From: Alistipes sp.
GTDB taxonomy: Bacteria; Bacteroidota; Bacteroidia; Bacteroidales; Rikenellaceae
Length of the DNA: 64,000 nucleotides
Assembly: GCA_045660465.1 (NCBI GenBank)
Contig: JAZRDV010000019.1
Coordinates: 4,676 to 68,675, forward strand
Direction of reading: 5' to 3'
Part shown: piece after piece, positions 36,862-45,625 of the stretch
Numbering within the stretch: position 1 is the first letter of the stretch
Layout of the letters: the number at the start of each line of letters is the position of its first letter
Notes under the pieces: generated by a model
What the model was told of the DNA's origin: nothing
Databases searched by the model: none
Seen by the model: the letters and a program-made list of their open reading frames with translations, nothing else
Position numbers and translations under genes: made by a program

Positions 36862-38178
36862 ATGAGAGTCTTAATGTTCGGCTGGGAGTTTCCTCCCCAT
36901 ATCGCCGGTGGTCTGGGTACTGCCTGCTATGGTATGACACGCGGTTTGGCTCGCAACGATGTTGAGGTCATCTTCGTGATGCCCAAGGCGTCGGGCGATG
37001 AGGACGAGCGTTTCGTCAAGGTCGTAAACGCAAGTGATGTCGAGGCACTCTACACGGGCGATGTAGCCACGGGTGCGGATGATATCATGAGTAAGATGTC
37101 GTTCATACACATCGACTCGAACATGGTTCCCTACCTCTCTCCCGAGGAGTATGAGGTTAAGCGCGAGGAGTATCTGCGCACGGGACAGCGTACCTGGGAG
37201 GTGCCGGGTGATGTTTGGACACAGCGATATACCTTCTCGGGTAAGTATGGTGCCAACCTCATGGAGGAGGTTGCGCGCTACGCTATCGTTGCGGCACAGG
37301 TTGCCAAGAACCTCGAAGGACAGTTCGATGTGATACATGCCCACGACTGGCTCACCTACTTTGCGGGTATTGCCGCGAAGCGCGTCTCGGGTAAGCCTCT
37401 GGTGGTGCACATGCACGCCACGGAGTTTGACCGCAGTGGCGAGAATATCAACACACAGACCTACGCCATCGAGCGTGCCGGTATGCACGCTGCCGATATG
37501 GTTATCGCCGTGTCGAACCTAACGCGCAACATCGTCATCAACCGCTACGGCGTGCCTGCCGAGAAGGTTGTTGCCGTGCACAATGCCGTGCGCTTTGCCG
37601 AGAAGGAGAAGCCGCTGCCGGAGCGTGGTGTGGACGATAAGATTGTAACCTTCCTCGGACGTATCACCTTCCAGAAGGGCCCCGACTACTTCGTTGAGGC
37701 TGCTGCCAAGGTGCTCAAACGTGTGCCCAACGTGCGCTTCGTCATGGCGGGCTCGGGTGATATGATGAACCATGTCATACGTCGTGTTGCGGCCCTCGGC
37801 ATCGCCGACCGCTTCCACTTCACGGGCTTCCTGCGTGGTGACGATGTGCAGAAGATGTTCCAGCTCTCGGATGTGTATGTTATGCCGTCAGTCTCGGAGC
37901 CCTTCGGTATCTCGCCGTTGGAGGCTATGCGCTCGAACGTCCCGGTCATCATCTCGAAGCAGAGTGGTGTGGCCGAGGTGCTCGACTATGCCGTGAAGGT
38001 CGACTATTGGGATGTCGACGCCATGGCCGATGCCATCTATGGTCTTATTACCTATCCGGCCCTCGCTAAGATGTTCTCGGAGAAGGGTATGGCCGAGGTT
38101 ACGGGCTTGAAGTGGAACAATGCTGCTGCAAAGATTAAGAGAGTCTATGAGCAGGCTATCGAAAAGTGTAATAAATAG
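36862..38178 (+). CDS. GT4-family glycosyltransferase (candidate alpha-glucan/glycogen synthase)
   Basis: MRVLMFGWEFPPHIAGGLGTACYG (KTGGL-like glycine loop). EX7E motif in MPSVSEPFGISPLEAM. Sits between the GDE-like and GH57 genes. Confidence 0.8.
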   Translation: MRVLMFGWEFPPHIAGGLGTACYGMTRGLARNDVEVIFVMPKASGDEDERFVKVVNASDVEALYTGDVATGADDIMSKMSFIHIDSNMVPYLSPEEYEVKREEYLRTGQRTWEVPGDVWTQRYTFSGKYGANLMEEVARYAIVAAQVAKNLEGQFDVIHAHDWLTYFAGIAAKRVSGKPLVVHMHATEFDRSGENINTQTYAIERAGMHAADMVIAVSNLTRNIVINRYGVPAEKVVAVHNAVRFAEKEKPLPERGVDDKIVTFLGRITFQKGPDYFVEAAAKVLKRVPNVRFVMAGSGDMMNHVIRRVAALGIADRFHFTGFLRGDDVQKMFQLSDVYVMPSVSEPFGISPLEAMRSNVPVIISKQSGVAEVLDYAVKVDYWDVDAMADAIYGLITYPALAKMFSEKGMAEVTGLKWNNAAAKIKRVYEQAIEKCNK

Positions 38179-38192
38179 AAAACAGAGATATT

Positions 38193-39371
38193 ATGAAGAC
38201 AGTTTGCCTTTACTTTCAGGTACATCAGCCCTGGCGTTTGAAGACCTATCGTTTCTTCAACATGGGCAATGATCACAACTACCTCGATGACTTTACTAAC
38301 CGCGCCATCATGCAGAAGGTTGCCCGCCAGTGCTACCTCCCGATGAACGCACTGTTGCAGAGCCTCATCGAGCAGCACAATGGTGCTCTGCGCGTAACCT
38401 TCTCTATTACGGGCTCGGCCGTAGAGCAGTTTAAGGCCTACGCCCCCGAAGTGCTCGACTCGTTCAAACGCTTGGCCGAGACGGGGTGTGTTGAGTTCCT
38501 CGGCGAGACCTACTCGCACTCGCTCTCGTCGTTGGCATCACTCGACGAGTTCAAGGCCGAGGTTAAGCTCCACACGGCGATGCTCAAAGAGGAGTTTGGC
38601 GTGAAGCCCACGGCGTTCCGCAATACGGAGCTTATCTACTCGGATGATATCGCTAAGGCGGTTGAGGATATGGGCTTCAAGACTATGCTTGCTGAGGGTG
38701 CTAAGCATATCCTCGGCTGGAAGTCGCCCAACTTCGTGTACACCGATGCTGTGGATAACAAGTTGCGCCTGTTGTTGCGCAACTACAAACTATCGGACGA
38801 TATCGCCTTCCGCTTCTCGAACGAGGGCTGGGACGAGTGGCCTTTGACTGCCGATAAGTTCGCATCGTGGGTGGCGCAGGAGAATGGCGAGGTTGTCAAC
38901 CTCTTCATGGACTATGAGACCTTCGGTGAGCATCAGAATGCCTCGACAGGCATCTTCGACTTCATGAAGGCGTTGCCCACAGCGTTGCTTGCTACGGGTG
39001 AGGTTGAGTTTGCCACCGTCAGCGAGGCTTCGAAGCGTCTGCAACCCGTAGCGGTGTTGCACTGCCCCCATGCCATGTCGTGGGCCGATGAGGAGCGCGA
39101 TGTTACGGCATGGCTCGGCAACGACCTCCAAAACGAGGCCTTTGCTAAGTTGTACGCCCTGGCTCCCAAGGTGCGCAAGGCCAAGAATAAGGACTTCGAG
39201 TATGTATGGCACTTCATGCAGAACTCCGACCACTTCTACTATATGGCTACCAAGTGGTTCTCGGATGGCGATGTTCACTCATACTTCAACCCCTATGGCT
39301 CGGCGTATGAGGCCTTCATCAACTATATGAATGTCTTGGCCGACTTTGAAATCGAACTCAATAAGTTGTAG
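38193..39371 (+). CDS. glycoside hydrolase family 57 protein (alpha-amylase / alpha-glucan-active)
   Basis: N-terminal CLYFQVHQPWRL (GH57 HQP signature), FLGETYSHSL, FMDYETFGEH (catalytic-region-like). Confidence 0.85.
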   Translation: MKTVCLYFQVHQPWRLKTYRFFNMGNDHNYLDDFTNRAIMQKVARQCYLPMNALLQSLIEQHNGALRVTFSITGSAVEQFKAYAPEVLDSFKRLAETGCVEFLGETYSHSLSSLASLDEFKAEVKLHTAMLKEEFGVKPTAFRNTELIYSDDIAKAVEDMGFKTMLAEGAKHILGWKSPNFVYTDAVDNKLRLLLRNYKLSDDIAFRFSNEGWDEWPLTADKFASWVAQENGEVVNLFMDYETFGEHQNASTGIFDFMKALPTALLATGEVEFATVSEASKRLQPVAVLHCPHAMSWADEERDVTAWLGNDLQNEAFAKLYALAPKVRKAKNKDFEYVWHFMQNSDHFYYMATKWFSDGDVHSYFNPYGSAYEAFINYMNVLADFEIELNKL

Positions 39372-39372
39372 T

Positions 39373-39531
39373 ATGCGCCTAAGAAGACTATTCGTGCTAT
39401 TTGCCGTTGCGGCTATTGCTATTGCTTCGACCGCTTGTGAGCCCGATGATTCGGGTAGTGGCGGTGGTTTGCAGAAGCCCGACTACATAGAGGATGAGTT
39501 GAATCAGGGGTCGCAGGATCCCGACAAATAA
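39373..39531 (+). CDS. 52-aa putative lipoprotein
   Basis: MRLRRLFVLFAVAAIAIASTA|C has a signal peptide and lipobox Cys, followed by an acidic Gly/Asp-rich tail. The ATG is 1 nt after the GH57 stop. Short, so tentative. Confidence 0.45.
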   Translation: MRLRRLFVLFAVAAIAIASTACEPDDSGSGGGLQKPDYIEDELNQGSQDPDK

Positions 39532-39655
39532 AAAAGTCGTATAACAAGGATATTTCGGCATCTGCCTCGTTCGCGAAATGCTTACATACGCTAAGTATGC
39601 TGCGCTTTCTCTCACTTCGAGCAGCTTCAAACTATCTCTTGTTATACGACTTTTT
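39531..39655. repeat. intergenic repeat copy 1: 67-nt core (39545-39611) inside a perfect 18-bp inverted repeat (MITE- or REP-like, or a structured RNA)
   Basis: AAAAAGTCGTATAACAAG (39531-39548) is the exact reverse complement of CTTGTTATACGACTTTTT (39638-39655). The core recurs at 39669-39735. Confidence 0.85.
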
Positions 39656-39668
39656 TTGCCACGCACGG

Positions 39669-39767
39669 CAAGGATATTTCGGCATCTGCCTCGTTCGCGA
39701 AATGCTCACATACGCTAAGTATGCTGCGCTTTCTCAGTCTGCGTGCGACTAAAACAATCTCTTGTTA
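39669..39767. repeat. intergenic repeat copy 2 (67-nt core 39669-39735 plus conserved AATCTCTTGTTA tail), lacking the long inverted repeat
   Basis: 66/67 identity with 39545-39611 (T at 39583 versus C at 39707). Tail 39752-39767 matches 39629-39644 at 13 of 15 positions. Confidence 0.85.
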
Positions 39768-39778
39768 CAATATTAAGC

Positions 39779-39810
39779 AAAGGCTGTCCAACGTACATTG
39801 GGCAGCCTTT
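39779..39810. terminator. terminator hairpin between the alpha-glucan cluster/repeats (+) and htrA (-)
   Basis: AAAGGCTG(T)CC-AACGTACATT-GGCAGCCTTT, followed by GTTTG on the plus strand. Lies 23 nt beyond the htrA stop. Confidence 0.65.
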
Positions 39811-39832
39811 GTTTGCTCTTCACGGCCAATAA

Positions 39833-41335
39833 TTACTCGACAATGACGTAGCTCGATGCTCGGCCGTTGGGGTAGACGCCATCAATCGAGCGTATCTTGC
39901 CCGTGAGTCGGTTGAGCTCCTCGATGCTACGTACAGCGCGGTCGTTGATATGCGTGATGATGAAGCCCTCGGCGATGCGTGCACGCTCCAAGAGACCGCC
40001 GCGCGTAATCTTCGTAATCTGCACACCACCCTCGATATCGAGCTTCTGACATACGCTTGCCGAGGCCGTGGCAAAGCGACCGCCAAGCTCCGTGGTGATA
40101 TCCTTGTCGTCAGCCGTGAGCAGCGACGTATCGCCGGCCTTATTCTTCAACGTAACCGTAATATCCAGCTGCTTCGCACCACGACGCACCGTGAGTGTAA
40201 CATTATCGCCCGGACGTCGCTTGCTTATCTGTTCGAGGAAGATGGCGGTATCGCTAACATCTGTGCCATCTATCGAGAGGATAACATCGCCCTTGCGTAT
40301 GCCCGCCTCCGAGGCTGCACCGCCCTCCGTAACTGAGGCTACATACATGCCACCGAGCGTCTCGATGCCCGTAATTTCGCCCATCTCGTCGAGGAAGAGT
40401 TGGTCTACCTCGCGGAACGAGATGCCGAGTACGGCACGCTGCACCACACCCGACTCTTTGAGGTCGACGACAACCTTGCGCACGATAGTCTCGGGCACGG
40501 CAAACGAGTAGCCGACGTAGCTGCCTGTCGAGGTCTTGATGATGGTGTTGATGCCCACCAACTCGCCGCGCGTGTTGACCAGGGCACCGCCCGAGTTACC
40601 CGGGTTGACGGCGGCGTCGGTCTGTATATACGACTCTATGCCATAGCCGTTGTCCAAGGCACCGAGGCGTCGAGCCTTAGCAGAGACGATGCCTGCCGTA
40701 ATTGTCGATTGCAGCTCCATGGGGTAGCCGATAGCCAAGACCCACTCGCCGAGGCGCAGCTCATCCGACGAGCCGAACGGTAGCGTAGGCAGTTCCGTGG
40801 CCTCAATCTTTATCAGCGCAACATCCGTAGTGGGGTCGGTGCCCACAATTTTAGCATCGAAGGTGCGTCCATCGTGGAGCGTAACACGCAGCTTGGTGCT
40901 CTGCTCGACAACATGGTTGTTGGTAACGATATAGCCATCCTCCGAGATGATGACACCCGAGCCCCCGGCGCGCGCCTCGCGTCTGCTGCCGCCCTCGTTG
41001 TAGCCCTCGGGATAGCCGAAGAACTCGTAGAAGGGGTCTCGATATTGGGGCGCAGAGATACTACGTCGCGACTCGATGTTGACCACAGCCTTCACGGCAT
41101 TCTCGGCGGCGTACGTCAGGTCGGGAAACTCGGTGCTCACGACCGTTGATGCAAAGTGTGCATCCGTAACGGCATTTTCGCGGAAGGGGTTGCGATGCTC
41201 GATGTCGCCTGCGGGGGTAGGGTTGTGGCTGCTGCTTGTCGAGGTGCTCAGAAGTGCACCTGCTGTGGTGGCACCCACGGCTGCGGCAAACAGCACGGTG
41301 CCGAGATAAAAAAATAGACGTTTCATACTATACAT
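39833..41335 (-). CDS. htrA: periplasmic serine endoprotease HtrA/DegP/DegQ family (trypsin-like domain + 2 PDZ domains)
   Basis: Catalytic-triad context TNNHVV, DVALIKI, GNSGGALVNTRGELVGINT; two PDZ-like segments. An alternative ATG at 41326 gives MKRLFFYLGTVLFAAAVGA. Confidence 0.93.
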   Translation of the reverse strand: MYSMKRLFFYLGTVLFAAAVGATTAGALLSTSTSSSHNPTPAGDIEHRNPFRENAVTDAHFASTVVSTEFPDLTYAAENAVKAVVNIESRRSISAPQYRDPFYEFFGYPEGYNEGGSRREARAGGSGVIISEDGYIVTNNHVVEQSTKLRVTLHDGRTFDAKIVGTDPTTDVALIKIEATELPTLPFGSSDELRLGEWVLAIGYPMELQSTITAGIVSAKARRLGALDNGYGIESYIQTDAAVNPGNSGGALVNTRGELVGINTIIKTSTGSYVGYSFAVPETIVRKVVVDLKESGVVQRAVLGISFREVDQLFLDEMGEITGIETLGGMYVASVTEGGAASEAGIRKGDVILSIDGTDVSDTAIFLEQISKRRPGDNVTLTVRRGAKQLDITVTLKNKAGDTSLLTADDKDITTELGGRFATASASVCQKLDIEGGVQITKITRGGLLERARIAEGFIITHINDRAVRSIEELNRLTGKIRSIDGVYPNGRASSYVIVE

Positions 41336-41457
41336 ATTAAAGTTACAAGCGGCAATCTACTCCATAGGCAGTTTTATTTAGCGTTACGCAGATATAACGA
41401 ACGAGGCCGCACGCTTATTGTGCAGCCTCGTTTTGTTGTGTATCGAAATAGTGAACT

Positions 41458-41757
41458 CTACTCTTCGAGGATATATACCGTCTCGCCGGGGCGTTGCATG
41501 TGGTAGCTCTCGCGGGCAAACTTCTCGAGAAATTCGGGCGATGTTGTCAGCTGGTGTATGAAGATGCTGTCGCGCGCTATGCGGCTCTCCAACTGCGCGA
41601 TGCGCTGCTCGCTCTCGTTGCTACGCTTGTTGGTGCGTATCATGTCGCCCACGGTGCGTACCGATACGACGATGGTGAAGATGGCGATGATAGCCGTCAA
41701 CGACACCCAAAAGTATTTGGATAGCTTCGAGCGAAACTTTGAGATACCTACTCCCAT
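41458..41757 (-). CDS. septum formation initiator family protein (FtsB/DivIC-like)
   Basis: 99 aa. N-terminal TM (YFWVSLTAIIAIFTIVVSV), coiled-coil ESEQRIAQLESRIARD, C-terminal EKFARESYHMQRPGETVYI is typical of the family. Confidence 0.8.
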   Translation of the reverse strand: MGVGISKFRSKLSKYFWVSLTAIIAIFTIVVSVRTVGDMIRTNKRSNESEQRIAQLESRIARDSIFIHQLTTSPEFLEKFARESYHMQRPGETVYILEE

Positions 41758-41762
41758 GACTA

Positions 41763-42398
41763 TTAGGGTATGTGCATAAACTTATGTGTCTGAATAGATA
41801 TGTTCCACTCGGGGTGGGCCTTGACCCACTCGACGATGGTGGCTATAATCTGCTCATATACGCTCCACTCGGGTTGCAGGTAGAGGCGGCACTTGCGACT
41901 AACCTTGCGGCTACACTCCACAGCCCACTCCAAGTCGTCGGGGCTCTGGATGATAACCTTCAACTCGTCAGCACGACGAAAAGCCTCGTCTAAAGGGGGC
42001 ATCTGACGCTTCGGCGAGAGACATACCCAGTCGAACTCGCCACTGAGAGGGTGGGTGCCCGACGTCTCGATAAATATCTCTAAGCCACGGGCATGGAGGC
42101 CGCGTGTAAGCTCGCCAAGAGGGTATAGCAGAGGCTCGCCTCCGGTGATAACGATGGCCTGTGCCGAGCAGCCGGCAGCGCGCTCGATGATGGTCTCTAC
42201 GTCGGTGGGCGGATACATCTTCGGGTTCCACGTGTATTTGGCGTCGCACCAGCGGCAGCCCACATCACAGCCACCCAGACGTATGAAGTAGGCGGGCTTT
42301 CCCGAGTGGTAGCCCTCGCCCTGCACCGTGTAGAAGTCCTCAACCAGCGGAAGACGACGTCCGCCCTCCAAAAGTTCTATGTCGGGGTTAATCTTCAT
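41763..42398 (-). CDS. queE: 7-carboxy-7-deazaguanine synthase (radical SAM QueE)
   Basis: FYTVQGEGYHSGKPAYFIRLGGCDVGCRWCDAKYTW (Cx14CxxC QueE-type cluster). Confidence 0.9.
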   Translation of the reverse strand: MKINPDIELLEGGRRLPLVEDFYTVQGEGYHSGKPAYFIRLGGCDVGCRWCDAKYTWNPKMYPPTDVETIIERAAGCSAQAIVITGGEPLLYPLGELTRGLHARGLEIFIETSGTHPLSGEFDWVCLSPKRQMPPLDEAFRRADELKVIIQSPDDLEWAVECSRKVSRKCRLYLQPEWSVYEQIIATIVEWVKAHPEWNISIQTHKFMHIP

Positions 42399-42930
42399 CT
42401 AAAACGTAAATATCTTTGAGGTTACGACCTATCTGGTTGTAGTCCAAGCCATAGCCAACGATAAACTCATTGCCGATGGGCATTGCTACGTAGTCAATAG
42501 GGTACTCGTAGAGGAACTTATCGGGCTTGAAGAAGAGTGTACATATCGACACGCTTGCGGGGTTGCGCTCCTGTAAGTAGCTGAGCAGATAGTTCATGCT
42601 GTGTCCCGTCTCGACAATATCTTCGACGATGATGATATCCTTACCCTCAATATCGAAGTCGATGCCGAGGTGCTGCTTTACGCTGCCCGTAGATTGTGTG
42701 CCCTCGTACGACGATATTTTTACGAATGCAAGGCGCGAGTCGAAGGTTGTCTTGCGCACAAGGTCGCTCAAAAAGAGGAACGCTCCGCTAAGCACGCCCA
42801 CGAAAATGGGAGTTTTGCCGGCATAACGCTCGTTGAGCTTCTCGGCAACACGCTCCACCGCCTTGTCTATCTCCTCGGCGGGTATCATCGTCTTGAAGCG
42901 ACGATCCAAAAGTTTTATTCTATCAGCCAT
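42388..42930 (-). CDS. hpt: hypoxanthine phosphoribosyltransferase
   Basis: PRPP-binding motif DIIIVEDIVETGHSM. 180 aa from the ATG at 42930; the track start at 42978 is an extension. 11-nt overlap with queE. Confidence 0.92.
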   Translation of the reverse strand: MADRIKLLDRRFKTMIPAEEIDKAVERVAEKLNERYAGKTPIFVGVLSGAFLFLSDLVRKTTFDSRLAFVKISSYEGTQSTGSVKQHLGIDFDIEGKDIIIVEDIVETGHSMNYLLSYLQERNPASVSICTLFFKPDKFLYEYPIDYVAMPIGNEFIVGYGLDYNQIGRNLKDIYVLDED

Positions 42931-42947
42931 AATGCTTTGTTTTGTGT

Positions 42948-42955
42948 CAAAGATA
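42948..42955 (-). promoter_or_regulatory. candidate -7 promoter box for hpt-queE
   Basis: Plus-strand CAAAGATA, 17 nt upstream of the ATG at 42930, inside the 49-nt hydF-hpt spacer. Confidence 0.45.
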
Positions 42956-42979
42956 CATATATTATTCCTATCGACCAAA

Positions 42980-44161
42980 CTATTTTACCCTTACGCGGTC
43001 GAGGATGCCGCTCAGGGCTGCGAGGATGACACCATAGTTCGTTATAGCAACACCCTGCCTGCGAGCACGTTCCACGCGGCTGAGCACATGTCGGCGGTTG
43101 AACATACATGCGCCACAGTGTATCACGAGGTCATACGCGCTAAGGTCTTCGGGGTAGTCCGCTCCACCCACAATATCTATCGCAAGCTCCTCGCCAAAAC
43201 GCTTGCGCAGAAGACGAGGTAGCTTGACGCGACCTATATCCTCGTTTTGTGGCGTATGCGTACACGCCTCGGCGATGAGAATACGCGACGACGAGTTGAT
43301 ATTTTTCAGTGCCTTGACACCCTCCGTGAATAGCTCGATGTCGCCCTTGTAGCGTGCAAAGAGTATCGAGAACGATGTGAGTGTTGTGTCGTCGGGCTTC
43401 TGTCGATATACCGTCTCGAATGCTTGCGAGTCGGTGATAATAAGGTCGGGCGAACGACGTAGCGCGGCAAGTGTCTGGGCCATGCCGTCGGGCGTGCAAC
43501 ATATAGGTGTGCAGCCACGGTCGAGCAACTCGCGTATGGTCTGCACCTGTGGCTGTATGAGGCGACCTTTGGGTGCCGACTTATCTTGTGGCATTACCAG
43601 AAGCACCATATCGCCCGCCTTGCAGAAACCCTCGGTTATGTATCGCTCCTCGTTGCTTGCGGCGCGCGCAAGAGCACCATGCAGTTGCTCCATGCCCTCG
43701 CCCGTGAGTGCGCTTAGGGTAACTACGGATTGCTTCGTGCGTCTCTCAATCTCGCGGAGCAGAGACTCATGCTCGGCGATGCGATCTTGCTGTGCGAGGA
43801 CGATGATGGTGGCTATCTCGCGCACGCGACACTCCTCGAAAATCTCCATCTCGATATCGAAGCCCTTGTCCGTGAAGAGGATTATGGCTATGTCGGTCTG
43901 GTCGAGAACCTTCGCAGTGCGTGCCATGCGCTCCTTGCCGAGTGTCGTCGCATCGTCCAATCCCGGGGTGTCGATGATGAGTGCTGCGCCGAGGCCCTGT
44001 ATCTCTATGGCCTTGCGCACAGGGTCGGTAGTGGTGCCGGGTGTGGCACTCACAATGGCACTCTGCTGCCCTGTGAGGGCGTTGAGAAGTGTCGATTTAC
44101 CGCTGTTACAACGTCCCAAGAGGGCTACATGTGTGCGCTCGGCACTGGGTGTCGTTTGCAT
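42980..44161 (-). CDS. hydF: [FeFe]-hydrogenase H-cluster maturation GTPase HydF
   Basis: GTPase G1 GRCNSGKST, TPGTTTDP, DTPG. C-terminal cluster-binding CTH...HCGAC region. Sits in the hydA-E-G-F array. Confidence 0.92.
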   Translation of the reverse strand: MQTTPSAERTHVALLGRCNSGKSTLLNALTGQQSAIVSATPGTTTDPVRKAIEIQGLGAALIIDTPGLDDATTLGKERMARTAKVLDQTDIAIILFTDKGFDIEMEIFEECRVREIATIIVLAQQDRIAEHESLLREIERRTKQSVVTLSALTGEGMEQLHGALARAASNEERYITEGFCKAGDMVLLVMPQDKSAPKGRLIQPQVQTIRELLDRGCTPICCTPDGMAQTLAALRRSPDLIITDSQAFETVYRQKPDDTTLTSFSILFARYKGDIELFTEGVKALKNINSSSRILIAEACTHTPQNEDIGRVKLPRLLRKRFGEELAIDIVGGADYPEDLSAYDLVIHCGACMFNRRHVLSRVERARRQGVAITNYGVILAALSGILDRVRVK

Positions 44162-44171
44162 ACTATTCAGT

Positions 44172-45602
44172 TTAGAAGCGGAAGTCGCGTTTACCTTTGA
44201 TTATCTCTTCGAGGTTGTGCATCGTAATCTGTCGCACCTTCTCCGAGGGTATTATCTGTGCCTGGTCGGCAATCATCTTCTTACCCAGCAACTTTACCTT
44301 CGCCGAGGCGTAGTCCTCGATATACTCCGCCAAGGTCATCAGCGCATTGGGTGCACAGCAGTTGCCTATGAGGCCACGCTTCGCAAGCGACATAAATCTG
44401 TCGCCCGTGCGTCCCTCGCGGTAGCAGGCGGTACAGAAACTCGGTATGTAGCCGAGCTCCAAGAGCCATCCTACGATGTCGTCCAACGTGCGGTTGTCCG
44501 ATATGTCGAACTGTGCCGACTCCTCGGCATTCTCGATACCCTCGGCATAGCCTCCCACGCTGGTGCGTGAGCCACCGCTGAGCTGCGAGACACCTACGTC
44601 GAGCACCAACTCGCGTGAGCGTTGCGACTCGCGTGTCGAAACAATCATGCCGGTATATGGTACTGCGAGACGCAGAACGGCTACTATGCGGCGGAAGACC
44701 TCGTCTGTAACAGCATCGGGGAAGTCGCGCGGGTCGATATCGTCAGCAGGGCGTATGCGCGGCACGCTGATGGTGTGGGGGCCCACGCCAAAGCGCGCTT
44801 CGAGGTGCTCGGCATGCATGAGTATGCCGACAAGGTCGTAGCGGTAGTTCGAGAGTCCGAAGAGGGCTCCGATGCCCACATCGTCGATGCCGCCAAGCAT
44901 GGCGCGGTCCATAGCCTCGGTGTGGTATGCCCAGTCGCTCTTGGGACCCGTGGGGTGCAGACGCTCGTAGGCCTCGCGATCGTAGGTCTCCTCAAAGAGG
45001 ATGTATGTGCCGATGCCCGCATCCTTCAAGCGGGTGTAGTTCTCGACGGTCGTCGCGGCGATGTTGACATTAACACGACGAATGGCACCATTCTTATGGT
45101 GTATCGAGTAGATGGTGTCGATAGACTCCAAGACATAATCTATGGGGCTCATTGTGGGGTGCTCGCCTGTCTCCAACGCCAGACGCTTGTGTCCCATATC
45201 CTGCAATGCGATAACCTCGCGACGTATCTCCTCCTGTGTGAGCTTGCGACGCGGTATGGTGCGGTTCTTGGCGTGATAGGGGCAGTAGACGCAACCATTG
45301 ACACAGTAGTTCGAGAGGTAGAGCGGAGCAAACATCACAATGCGGTTGCCATAGATGCGCTCCTTAATCTGGCGCGCAATATGGAATATGCGCTCCTCAA
45401 TCTCCTTGTCCTGTACCTCGATAAGCACGGCAGCCTCACGGTGTGAGATGCCCTTGCCCTCGGCAGCTTTTGTTAGTATCTCTTCGATTAGAGCACGGTC
45501 GTCGCGGTGCTCCACGGCATACTTCAACGTGTCGCGTATCTCGCCGTCGTGAATAAACTCGGCGGCATGCTCCGAGCGGGGGTTATATTCAATTGTACTC
45601 AT
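44172..45602 (-). CDS. hydG: [FeFe]-hydrogenase H-cluster radical SAM maturase HydG (tyrosine lyase)
   Basis: Radical SAM CVNGCVYCPYH; ThiH/HydG-like; C-terminal cluster Cys motif PSFCTACYR..GNCCAPN. Confidence 0.93.
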   Translation of the reverse strand: MSTIEYNPRSEHAAEFIHDGEIRDTLKYAVEHRDDRALIEEILTKAAEGKGISHREAAVLIEVQDKEIEERIFHIARQIKERIYGNRIVMFAPLYLSNYCVNGCVYCPYHAKNRTIPRRKLTQEEIRREVIALQDMGHKRLALETGEHPTMSPIDYVLESIDTIYSIHHKNGAIRRVNVNIAATTVENYTRLKDAGIGTYILFEETYDREAYERLHPTGPKSDWAYHTEAMDRAMLGGIDDVGIGALFGLSNYRYDLVGILMHAEHLEARFGVGPHTISVPRIRPADDIDPRDFPDAVTDEVFRRIVAVLRLAVPYTGMIVSTRESQRSRELVLDVGVSQLSGGSRTSVGGYAEGIENAEESAQFDISDNRTLDDIVGWLLELGYIPSFCTACYREGRTGDRFMSLAKRGLIGNCCAPNALMTLAEYIEDYASAKVKLLGKKMIADQAQIIPSEKVRQITMHNLEEIIKGKRDFRF

Positions 45603-45625
45603 AGACAGTAGTTTTTTTAATGTTC

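Noticed and set aside
39397-39666. 89-aa minus-strand ORF over the 39.5-kb repeats; also considered whether the two repeats are a mini-CRISPR array
   Set aside because: The ORF is a translation of repeat DNA. Only two copies exist, each 67 nt long, with a 57-nt gap that partly belongs to the same element. No cas genes are present, so this is not a CRISPR.
41400-41438. Hairpin AACGAGGC-N17-GCCTCGTT + TTTTG between ftsB-like and htrA
   Set aside because: The U-run is on the plus strand, where there is no gene to terminate. On the minus strand it lacks a U-run. Possibly a weak attenuator, but there is no further support.
43377-44570. 397-aa plus-strand ORF spanning the hydF/hydG junction
   Set aside because: It crosses two well-supported minus-strand genes. 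Ser/Arg/Cys-rich composition is typical of out-of-strand translation.
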